Notes under the pieces: generated by a model | Told to the model about the DNA's origin: nothing | The model's input: the letters and a program-made list of their open reading frames with translations, nothing else | The model's database searches: none | NCBI RefSeq assembly: GCF_006345805.1 | Contig: NW_021836698.1 | Span: 1 to 23,274, forward strand | Source of the DNA: Octopus sinensis | Lineage: Eukaryota | Length of the DNA: 23,274 bases | Reading direction: 5' to 3' | Program-made: the position numbers and the translations under genes | Shown: in pieces, positions 10,689 to 20,988 of the stretch | How positions within the stretch are numbered: position 1 is the first letter of the stretch | Layout: every line of letters starts with the position of its first letter

Positions 10689-10840
10689 ACGTCTTGAGTT
10701 CAAATTCCACCGAGCTCAACTTGGCCTTTTATCCTTTCAGGGCGGAAAAACACAGTATCAATCAAGTATTGGAATCGATGAAATCGATTAGCCCATCCTC
10801 ATCCTCTCTTCATATTACCGGACTTGTACCAAAATTTCTA
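10689..10840 (+). mobile_element. SINE family B fragment (decayed)
   Basis: GAGTTCAAATTCCACCGAG...GCCTTTTATCCTTTCAGGG...ATCGATGAAATCGATTAGCCC, collinear with 17121-17333. Confidence 0.75.
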
Positions 10841-10884
10841 AGTATTTTATATTTTATACACCCCAGCATATACATACAGACATG

Positions 10885-10918
<34 letters not shown>

Positions 10919-10930
10919 CTCTTGAAGATG

Positions 10931-11563
10931 TTTTAGCCGAATGAATCGACCTCAATATTTATTTTTAAGGGGCCTGGTACTTATTCTATCGTTCTATTTT
11001 GCCGAACAGCAAAGTCATAATGACGTAAACACACCAATGCCGATTGTCAAGCGGTGGTGACAAACACACGCACGTACACACATACAAACACAAAGAAATA
11101 ATTAAGATTCAGTTAATTTAGGTACTTACGTTGAAGCACCAAGTCAGTCCGGTATTATCCACGCAGCTCGAAATAAGGTGAATAAAATCAAAATAAGCAA
11201 CAGGATTTCGAGCAGTAATGCGGTACGACCGTTTCAAGCGGTTCCATTAAATTGAACGATGCAATCATTACATCAATTTAAATGCAGTGCATTTAAGTTG
11301 ATGTAATGATATAATTGATACTAATGATTTCATCGTTCAGTTAAATGGAGTCGCTTGAAACGGTCGTACTGTATTACTACATGATACTCTGTTGTTTATT
11401 TTGATATAAATATGCGACGGGCTTTCATTTTGCGTCTGCTAAATCCAACCATAAGGCTTTGGGCGGTCCGTGGCTATCATACAAGACACTTGCCCAAAGT
11501 GTTATGCAGTGGGATTGAACCTGGAACCACGCGGCTGGGAAGCAAGCTTCTTACCACACATCC
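10931..11563 (-). mobile_element. SINE family A, copy 2, split by an insertion in its central microsatellite
   Basis: 3' half at 10931-11075 (GTACTTATTCTATC...GACGTAAACACACC...TTGTCAAGC) and 5' half at 11413-11563 (CGACGGGCT...GACACTTGCCCAA...AGCAAGCTTCTTACCACACA). Confidence 0.78.
11187..11405. repeat. 219-bp near-perfect palindrome (foldback/MITE-like)
   Basis: Centre at 11287; inner 23-bp stem 11264-11286/11288-11310 continues outward (e.g. GTACGACCGTTTCAAGCG / CGCTTGAAACGGTCGTAC) after an 18-nt insertion in the right arm. Confidence 0.9.
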
Positions 11564-11589
11564 ATATAATATAATGATATATCTACGTA

Positions 11590-11592
11590 TGC

Positions 11593-11646
<54 letters not shown>

Positions 11647-11812
11647 TTATATATCTTTATATATATATATATATATATGTATGTATACACACACACACAC
11701 ATATATATATATATATGTGATTGTGTATGTGTGTGTGTATGTGACAGTGTTTGTCTGCACGTGCGCATACACACAAGTTTCTGTATGTGTGTGTGTGTGT
11801 GCGTTGTGTATA
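11590..11812. repeat. Compound (TA)n/(CA)n/(TG)n microsatellite
   Basis: Low-complexity tract. Confidence 0.92.
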
Positions 11813-12331
11813 TAAAACTGTGTGTCGGGGCAGGTGAAGTGGATAGAAGCTATGTCGCTGGTGTTCATGAAAATCGCTATAATTTGTAATCTCGTCAGAA
11901 ACAGCTGCTTCACTTTGCTAATAGCTGTCACAGCAGTAATAGGTCTCATTTATTAAAGCTTCTTTTGCATTCGTGTGTTGAGAAACACTAAGTACGAATA
12001 GGTCACTAGCTTATACGTTTGTGTGTATGTATATGTACGAATATATACAGACATACACATATGTGTACACATGATGATAATGATATATATGTATGTATGT
12101 ATGTATGTATATATATACACACATACATACACATACAGAAGATCATTTGTGTCCATTTCTTTTACATACACAAGAACATAAATTCATATACATACATATG
12201 TACCACAAAAAACTACAAACATATGCGTATATATTTATATATATACACACACACAGGTGTGTATATGTGTTTTTCTGTGAAGCAAGTATTTTATATGTAT
12301 ATATATATATAAATATACATACACATATACA

Positions 12332-12920
12332 CAAAGTGCGATGGGTAGAGTGTCGTCATTTTTGATTTTTAATTTCTCGCATGCGCATTGTTTGTTTTGA
12401 CTTTTGTCGACTACACAATATATTAGAGTCTGTTGGGCACCCTTTGTGTGAAGAACAGCATCATGATGCAATTCACTCTGCCAGAAATTTGGAAATGATA
12501 TGCTGTACTGCTTGGCATTCGCACCGGAAGCTCCAATAGGAACAGATGGTGAAGACACAGAACAACCGTTGCTTTGCCGTGATGCGTTCATTCATTTTCC
12601 CACTTGGCCTCAGACTCAACACGGAGGCCTACACACGCAGAGGAACCCAGTCCTGGCTATCAGACAACTTCTGCAACCACATCACCCGTAACATCTGGCC
12701 ACCTACCTCCCCAGAATACAACCCCCTTGATTATTATGTGTTGAGTGAGAGACCAACAAAACTCCTCGTGACACCAAAGATTACGGCAGCATTCAGCAAC
12801 TTAAACAAGGAGATCGTCCAGAGTTGTAGGAGATTCTGAAGTCGTGTGCAATAAATTTACTTAGTATTTCAAGATATTTAATGTAATTTTGGTAAATATA
12901 TCTGTTAAAATGAGATGTCT
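12332..12920 (+). mobile_element. Internally deleted Tc1/mariner element, DD37D (maT)-type
   Basis: N-terminal remnant MMQFTLPEIWK*YAVLLGIRTGSSN at about 12465-12537, joined to FIFPLGLRLNTEAY, then TQSWLSDNFCNHITRNIWPPTSPEYNPLDYYV (WPPxSPDxNPLDY motif); probable left TIR remnant GTGCGATGGGTA..TGTCGTCATTTT at about 12332-12365. The right TIR was not found. The subfamily call is from motif recollection. Confidence 0.8.
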
Positions 12921-12928
12921 TTTAAAAT

Positions 12929-13006
12929 AGGGTACTTATTCTATCAGTTTCTTTTCCCGAACCGCTAAGTCACGGGGACGTAAACACACCAGCACCGGTT
13001 GTCATA

Positions 13007-13065
<59 letters not shown>

Positions 13066-13214
13066 GCGACGGACTTTTTTCTGTTTCCATCAACCAAATC
13101 CATACTCAAGGCTTTGGTCGCTCCGAGTATTTAGAAGACGCTTACCGAAGGAGCCACGCAGTGGGACTGAACCGGGACCACGTTGCTGGGAAGCAAGCTT
13201 CTTACCTCACGGCC
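12929..13214 (-). mobile_element. SINE family A, copy 3 (3' tail missing; central (CT)n(TA)n)
   Basis: GTACTTATTCTATC...GAACCGCTAAGTCACGGGGACGTAAACACACCAGC; ...CCACGCAGTGGGACTGAACC...AGCAAGCTTCTTACC. Confidence 0.85.
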
Positions 13215-14571
13215 AAACCTACTTATATTAATTCCTTTGAAATTTTACTTCGTAGGTAGCTGGCCCTTGCAGCCCCAACCACTCTTTACCACTGTATGTA
13301 TGCTCGTATTTAGCGTGGCGTGTGTATGTATGTATGTATTTGAGTGTAAATATTTGCGAGCGATATACAAAAAGATACACATTGCAGCGTACGTATTTAT
13401 GTATACGTGTGTGAGTACATGGGCGTAGGTGTATGTATGCGCGTATGTGTATGGAACTATTAACGATCGTATTAATAAAAGTAGAATCCCATTGAAACCA
13501 ATGCTGATATTTATATATGTGTACGCGTATGACTATTTATGAGTGTGTGCATAAATGTGTATTAATGTATGACTATTTGTCAGCCATATTGAAAAAGGAA
13601 AACTCTTTGAAGCCGGTGCACGTGCACTCACTCATCTGATTGGATTCCTATAGATACATGATTACAAGAGGTCATAGAATGATATCGTAAATGATTGTTG
13701 AATTTCCTTTGCAGTAATATACACAGCGTCTCGTGCACCGTATAACCCATTGTTCTCTTTTATAATTGCATTGCACTTGCCTGCATGAAGGTGTGAATAC
13801 TGAAATAGCTCTTAGTGCTGCTGCGTTGTGTATGCAGGTTGCACGTGAGGTAGAACCAACCTATGAATATAACCGCATACGTGCACTTGTGAAGACGTGC
13901 ATATATAAGTATATGCGTGTATATATAAATATAAATATTTAGGAATATATATGTATGTACTTATATATATATATACACATACACACGCGCGCTGTCAGTT
14001 ATGTTATTCGATGTCTTGAAACGTATAAGATGTACAAACACATGCGTGTATGCGCATTTATACACCCACATATAGTTAGACAGACACACACACACATATA
14101 CACATACCTTAATACCCGTGGACACAATTACATACTACACATGTACAAGCATGCTCATGTATATGCGGATGTGTGAGTGTGTATGCGTGTGTATGTGTGT
14201 GTATATGAACGTGTGAATGTTATATGTGTTATGGGTGTATTTGTGTGTGTATACACACATATTATTTCACATACATATACACATATCACCACTTGTGTAT
14301 TGGAAACAACGAAAGTCTTCCCCGTGTTAGAAATAATAGCAAAATCTCCTTCAAATCTAATCATATTGCCTAAAAAAAGACTTCGTTAGAAGTTTCAGGT
14401 TTAGGTTTTCTTTACATAGAAAAAAATGGGAGGGTCACGACTGGAATAATTTTGATCATGTCTGAGATGAGCTGACCGGGTACTAAACAACATTATATTT
14501 CAGGATACACACATACGGACGAACGTTTATATGATTGGATCGACAGCATACACCTGTCATACATGCTTAAA

Positions 14572-14962
14572 CACATACATATCTATACATACACACACAC
14601 ATATATCTATACATATACACACACATATATATATATACACACATACATACACACACATATATACATACATACACACACACACATATATACATACATACAC
14701 ACACATATATATATGAATACATACACACACATATATATATGAATACATACACACACATATATATAAATACATACACACACATATATCTATACATATATAC
14801 ACACACATATATATACATATACACACATACATGCACACACATATATACATACATACACACACACATATATACATACATACACACACATATATCTATACAT
14901 ATATATACACACACATATATATACATATACACACATACATACATACACATATATACATACAT
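14572..14962. repeat. Compound microsatellite organised into roughly 22-24-nt higher-order units
   Basis: Recurrent unit (ATACATACACACACATATATAT) with variants carrying TCTA or GAAT. Confidence 0.9.
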
Positions 14963-15979
14963 GAAGTCAGGTGCGTTTACAGTTAACACATTTTAATACG
15001 CATACACATACATATGTGTGTTTTCGCTCATACACACTTTCACACGCAGCCACACGTACTCTCAAATCTATTTAACAATATAGATATACGTGTGATTTCA
15101 CACATTTACAGCCGGACTATATATACGTGTATGTAGAGGTGCAGATACATGCACACTCTCATACATATACCCACATATGCGCTCACATACACAAACACCC
15201 ATTCAAGTATCAATATATATATTAAGAGAGAAAACTTACAGAGTACAATGACACAGAAAATTAAAGGGCAAAAGGCATGGTGTTACATTATATATATATA
15301 TATATATATATATACTTTTTTTATTATTAAAGCTGCAAAAAACAGTTCCACGTTCCCGTTCGTTGCACATTTATGATCAAGATTCTTGATCCCAACCGTC
15401 CGACGAACGGAAACCTGAAACTTTGAAGAGCAGTTTTTTTTTTTTGTGATGTTTTTATAGCTTCAAAAATAAAGCCTATTACTTTACCGCCTGTATTCGA
15501 GTAGTTTGTTTGAAGTGTTTAAAAGAATAATTCTTACTGACATTGAGACCGTTTTTAGTGTTGGAGATTTGAAGATACTATGTTACGCGCGCGCGCGCAC
15601 ACACACACACACACACCACACACACACACACACAGATTGTACGCCAATTGGCAGAGTATTGCGAAATGGTTTAGAGGTTTGTTTCGAAACATGAAGATCA
15701 CGGTTTCGGTCTCGTGACATGGTATCTTGGACAACTATAGTTTTTTTCTGCACTCCGAGTTGATCGCACTAGTGAGTGAAGCTTTTTCGTCGTGCTTTAA
15801 TACTCCTTAGACTAGGTACTCGGTCTCAATTGTGTATTCGTGACCGAGATAAGAATATGAGTTTTTTAATATTTATTTTGAAGTAATGCTTAGAATGGGA
15901 GGTGAGCGTGCTAACAACATTCCTCCTAAACGGAATGTTGGTCCGTTGAAGTATTCAAGGTCAGTAGTTTTTGAGAGAT

Positions 15980-16113
15980 GGGGCCAGTTGATTACATCTA
16001 CCCCAGTACTTGACTAGTATTTTATTTTATTGACTCGGCTATTGAACGGCTACGTTCACCTAGCCGGAAGAATTGCCGCTAAGCATTTTTCCAGTTGTAC
16101 TAATGGCTCTACC
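15980..16113 (-). mobile_element. SINE family B fragment (decayed)
   Basis: Reverse complement contains ATGCTTAGCGG...AGTACTGGGGTAGATGTAATCAACTGGCCCC, matching 17121-17333. Confidence 0.72.
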
Positions 16114-16184
16114 ATGTGAGTGAAACTGGGTGGACGGAAATACAGTTGCTACTGTATGAATCCACTTGGCGGGTGGATTCGTGC

Positions 16185-16262
16185 CGTAGTTGCTGTATTG
16201 CTAAATGGTTAGGAAGTTGGCTTCGAAACCTAGAGGTCACGGGTTCCATCTCATTACACGGT
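16185..16262 (+). mobile_element. Decayed tRNA-derived SINE head fragment (similar fragment at about 15655-15740)
   Basis: TGGTTAGGAAGTTGGCTTCGAAACC..GGTCACGGGTTCCATC resembles A-box/B-box SINE heads. Confidence 0.5.
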
Positions 16263-16265
16263 ATT

Positions 16266-16432
16266 ATTCTTTTACTTGTTTCCTTCTTTTGACTGCGGTC
16301 ATACTAGAGCACTGCCTTTTAGTCGATCAAATCGACCCCAGGACTTATTCTTTGTAAGCCTAGTCCTTATTCTATCGGTCTCTTATGCCGAACCGCTAAG
16401 TTACGGGGACGTAAACACAGATACACAAACAC

Positions 16433-16469
<37 letters not shown>

Positions 16470-16654
16470 ACACACATATATATATATATATATACGACGC
16501 GCTTCTTTCAGTTTCCCTCTACCAAATCCACTCACAAGCCTTTGGTTGGTTCGAGGCTATAGAAGACACTTGCCCAAGTTTCCACGCAGTGGGACTGAAC
16601 CCAGAACCATGTGGTTGGTAGGCAAGCTACTTACCACTCACCCACTCCTGCGCC
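16266..16654 (-). mobile_element. SINE family A, copy 4, full length
   Basis: Minus strand begins GGCGCAGGAGTGGGTGAGTGGTAAGTAGCTTGCC...GGGTTCAGTCCCACTGCGTGG...CTTGGGCAAGTGTCTT; central microsatellite; CR1-like tail. Confidence 0.92.
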
Positions 16655-16702
16655 TATTGTGGACAAATTTATACAAAGTAGAGCATTATATTAAGGGTGC
16701 AT

Positions 16703-17019
16703 AACTGGCACTCCGTCGGTTACGGCGACGAGCGACCCAGTTGATCCGATCAGCGGAACAACCTGCTCGTGAAAATGCAAGTGACTGCATAATAGACAGA
16801 TACGCGCACCCTTAACATAGTTCACTGAGAGATTCTGCGTGACACAGAGTGTGACAAGGGTGGCGCTTTGAAATACAGGTACTAGTCATTTTTGCCAGCT
16901 GATTGGACTGGAGCAACATAAAATAAAGTGTCTTGTTCAAGGACACAATACGCCGTCGGGAACCGAACTCATGACTTTTCGATCGGGAGCCGAATACTCT
17001 GACCACTCACCCTCGTACC
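16703..17019 (-). mobile_element. tRNA-derived SINE family C (CORE-like central segment)
   Basis: Minus strand: GAGTGGTCAGAG (A box) ... GAGTTCGGTTCCC (B box) ... GTGTCCTTGAACAAGACACTTTATTT..GTTGCTCCAGTC (CORE-like), then a distinct 3' end ...CGTAACCGACGGAGTGCCAG. Confidence 0.78.
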
Positions 17020-17120
17020 ATCACATAAGTTAAGGGTACACCTGTCTGCAGAATGCGCAACCACATACCTGCTAAAGTTAGGAGTAGATAATTCACTTGC
17101 TTAATCTAATTTGTACCTAA

Positions 17121-17333
17121 GGCGGCGAGCTGGCAGAAACGTTAGCACGCCGGTCAAAATCCTTAGCGGTATATCGTCTGTCTTTACGTTCTGAGTTCAA
17201 ATTCCACCGAGGTAGACTTTACCTTTCATCCTTCTGGGGTCATAAATTAAGTACCATTTGCGTACTGTGGTCGATCTAATCGACTGGCCCCCTCCCCCAA
17301 AATTTCGGGCCTTGTGCCTAGAATAGAAAAGAA
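17121..17333 (+). mobile_element. tRNA-derived SINE family B, near full length
   Basis: GGCGGCGAGCTGGCAGAAACGTTAGC...GAGTTCAAATTCC (B box)...ACCTTTCATCCTTCTGGGGTC..AAATTAAGTACC...GTCGATCTAATCGACTGGCCCCCT...GGCCTTGTGCCT + A-rich tail. Confidence 0.88.
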
Positions 17334-17531
17334 TATAATTTATACCTAGTCTTGTCAGTATATATACTTGCCTATGGTTGGTGTATTTATAAACAAGTCA
17401 GTTGCAATATATGAATATCAAAATTAGAACCCTCATTCATAGCTGGCAAATGATATATCATCATGTCCGGGATTCGAACTCTAGACCCGAGATACTTGTA
17501 ATCTAACTGTCATGAGTGATTATAGAAATAA

Positions 17532-17705
17532 TCTTTCCTGCTAAAGGCACAAGGCCTGAAATTTGGGGAAATCGACTCTAGTACGCAGCTGGTACTTAAT
17601 TTATCGCAAAGTCGACATCAGTGGAATTAGAACTCGGAACGTAGCGACAGGCGGAATACTGCTAAGTATTTCATCCAGTGTGCTAACGATTCCGCAAACT
17701 AGCCT
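17532..17705 (-). mobile_element. SINE family B copy with internal deletions, inverted relative to 17121-17333
   Basis: Reverse complement: GCGGAATCGTTAGCAC...CTTAGCAGTATT...ACGTTCCGAGTTCTAATTCC...AAATTAAGTACCAGCTGCGTACT...CCCCAAATTTCAGGCCTTGTGCCT. Confidence 0.82.
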
Positions 17706-19710
17706 ACAAATAATAATACGCATAAAACAGAGAAAATAATTGCGTATAGAAGTAGGCTGGAAGCGGTTTCGCACCTTTCATTTCGCATGTTTTGGATGTC
17801 TATAAAGAAGAATATTATTTGACAGTAGTTTTGCTGGATAGTAAACTTTCAAATGTATAATCCTATTGCAATTGTCGATAGGCTTCTGACTTTGTGTGTG
17901 TTTGAGTGCAATTAGCAATTGTTGTTCATTACAAGTTCGTTATTTTGGGACGTGAATTACTGTATATAAATAAGGAATGCCGTTGGATCCTCGCAAACAT
18001 TACCGCTGTGGAATAAAGAATCTAAGGGCTGTAAAATTATTGCCGTGATGAACTCCTTAACTAATACTGAATTCCACTTTCAAATATTCATTTATATCGT
18101 CTCTATTAAATACCATGTCGATGCAGTCACGTGATAAATATACTGTGTAATTTTAATTAAGGTTTATTCATGTAAAACGCCTCATTTTTGCTGTTGGTAA
18201 TCATTAATAAATTACGTCATATTTTGGCCTGACTTTGTTCTGGCCTGACTTGCTACTGACTTGCAATATTGCTATAGTCTGAGACTCTGTTCTTGACAAC
18301 ATGTAACTTTGTGTGTGTGTATGTGTGTGTATGTATATATATATATATAATATATATATATAATATATTTAACTTTAGATTTAGCTACTATAAGTATTGC
18401 TTCACAATTTCCTAATTGGGCATTTAGATTCGATGTAATACATATTTAGACCTTTAGATGTTGCAGGCTTGTGAAGAGATAAAGGAAATTTCTGTAATAT
18501 AATTCAATATTCAGCTTAGCTTGAAAGTTGGTTCAAAGGTAGTCAATGGATTTCTTATGTTGACTTCGCTTCATTTTACAAGAGAGCACAGTTATAAAAA
18601 TTTTAATAAAATTTCTATTAATATGTCCTATTCTTGCTGCAAAAATTTCGCCAGCTCTGTGAATTCCATTAATATAAAGCAACTCCCATACTATGGTAAT
18701 AACATCACTTAACGGGTTTACAATTTTATGAACCCTTATAAATGCTAACGTTGCAGAAGATGCCTATCCAATTCTTTAGTACACTATGACAAAATAGAAA
18801 TGAATGATGATTCTCAACAAAAATCCTTCTTTTGAGAGGTAACAAATGGATTTTATGTAGCGCTACTATTTGCATAAACGTTCGCTACTCAACTAAACAT
18901 GGAGATTTGTGCTTGGTTTTCTAGGCATGTTTTTAAAAAAATGAGAGTAACTTGGGACGAACATTTTTTATGATCGATTCTGGCTTTTTACAATCATGTT
19001 AACGACAGAAATCATCTTAGCTGCCACGTTAACTAAAAATGAAATTGAGCTTTAAAAAATTCAAGAAATGATATTCTTTGTAACTGTTTGCATAGAGTAA
19101 AATATCTGCTAAGTAATTTTAAAAAGAAAGATCTGCCATAGATTTCAACAAGAAGTTTTTAATACTCTCATATATCTCATAGCTATCATTTTCCTTATCG
19201 ATTTTGATTTTTGTGTTGTTTCTTTCCTTGCTGTAATTAGTGGGCAAAAGGATGTCAACTGTTTATGATAATGTAGCGTTTGCTAAAGGAAAATGCTGAG
19301 TGTTTTGACGATCTGCGATGTTTTCCTTTCAACTCGATACTTTTTATTTTCTATAAAAATCATTTTAATTTAAAATAAAAGTTAAGGAATGGTCTGAACC
19401 TAACATATTTGCCCCCAATATGAATGAATTATTATTTATTATTTATTTCGTCTTTGCGCATGTGCTTACTCAAACGTTTCTTTTTGTTTCCATTTTGTGA
19501 AAAATTTAACTAATATCATTCAAGTTTATTCCTTGCATTTCGTTCGGAGATCGGAGATGTGGAAGAGAGTGAGGAAATGTGAAGCTTCATCTTCATGAAA
19601 GCGCGTGCGCGCACACACGCAAACCTGCACAGAGGAAACTATTGTAAATGCTAATAATGTTGTACTATATTCATTCTTTGACTTGTGGTATGATGTCTAT
19701 CTGTCTATCT

Positions 19711-19817
19711 ATGTATTTCTGCTTCTTTGAACGTCATCAGTGGCAAACATCCAGTTGTTAGTTAAATCGTATTTTGGATGTTTGCTACTGATGACGCTCA
19801 AAGACGAAGAAATATGT
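19711..19817. ncRNA. Pre-miRNA-like hairpin (candidate; family not recognised)
   Basis: Arms 19711-19753 and 19775-19817 pair over 43 positions with 3 mismatches and 3 G:U pairs (+ strand); 21-nt loop; unique, non-repetitive sequence. Confidence 0.45.
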
Positions 19818-20607
19818 GTTTAGGAATTCCACCAACGCCGCCACACACTTTTCACCTGCTATTCTCTCTCTGCCTGTCTGCCTGCCTATCTTTCTCTCTC
19901 TCTATATGCACGCGCGCGTGTGTGTGTGAGTGTGTGTTTATGAGTAGATATATAGGTATGTGTTTATATATAAATATATATCATATATTTTAATCTATCT
20001 ATCTATCTATACACACCACATATACATAACTGCATACATACAAATAATGGTATTTACACAGATAAACAAAAAGCAACAGAGAAACAAAATCAGATATCAC
20101 GAGATCTCTTCGTTGTGTGAAGTGACATGGCTTACATAATGTTTGTTACTGAGTTAATGACTCATTAACTTCTTGAAGGGAATTGTTTTAAAATTCTCTG
20201 TAGAATCTATCTAAAGACTTAAGCTAGATAGTTAAAACCTAGACGTATTTAAGCAGTTCTCTTGGGACAGATTAAACTCAGCGAAACAATGTAATGAAAG
20301 AGTCATTAATTAAAAGAGAAAATAAATGGGCCTGTCTCGCCATCCGCATGAATAAAGAATAGTTATATTCGTGCAAATATAATTTATTTGTCATCATTTA
20401 AAAACTAACCAGAATTATCTGATAAAGCAAAATAAGAAAAACAAAGAATGCCAAAAGAATCTTATTAGTAAAATATTGTTTTAAGTACATTGGCAAGTAA
20501 GGGAGGGGACGGAAAATGCAGGCTTGTTCCAACGTTATTATGACCTCCTTTAAGTTATATTTTCTCCGAAGGCGGCAGAGTAGTTTGAGGGTCGGATAGT
20601 ATGCATC

Positions 20608-20690
20608 ATCGTATTTGTTTTGACTGTCTGTGTTCAATTCCCGTCAAAGCCAGTTTTGCCTTTCACCCTTTCGGAATTCAAGAAAAGACA
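20608..20690 (+). mobile_element. Old SINE family B-like fragment
   Basis: GTTCAATTCCCG...TTGCCTTTCACCCTTTCGG matches the family B B-box and central domain. Confidence 0.55.
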
Positions 20691-20988
20691 CCGCCAATCC
20701 GTAGAAGTGGACTGGTGCAAGGATATAAGAATCCCTTGACTTATAGCTTGCGGTTGTGTTTCGGGCTCTTTGCGATCTAAGCAAAAGGCAAACCATGATC
20801 TCGGTTGTAGAATAAATCCAATGTCCCGATTAACTCCAACCGTCTGGTACTTTGAGCGTCTTTAGGTGAATCTTTATCGTGTCACTATTAATAAATATTA
20901 TCTTGACTCTACAGTCTTTACACCATATTGAATGCCTATTTGGTGTAGATATGCACACAATGCTACAAAAGAAACAAGCAATATATAT

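Noticed and set aside
11130-11166. Minus-strand 37-nt mini-exon candidate (AG|...TTCAAC|GTAAGT; CVDNTGLTWCFN)
   Set aside because: It lies within the insert that splits a SINE, is not frame-preserving and has no partner exons; a strong donor alone is insufficient.
16590-16654. tRNA-like sequences (also about 6760-6818, 16955-17019, 17121-17200, 17470-17500)
   Set aside because: A/B-box heads of SINEs without complete cloverleafs or acceptor stems; they are not tRNA genes.
19241-19299. Acceptor-like site followed by MSTVYDNVAFAKGKC*
   Set aside because: No credible donor before the stop codon; a short ORF of this kind is expected by chance.
19788-19812. CTGATGA...GAAGAAA hammerhead-like core inside the hairpin arm
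   Set aside because: No proper stem II closure or GAAA register and no stem III/UH; the long hairpin explains the sequence better.
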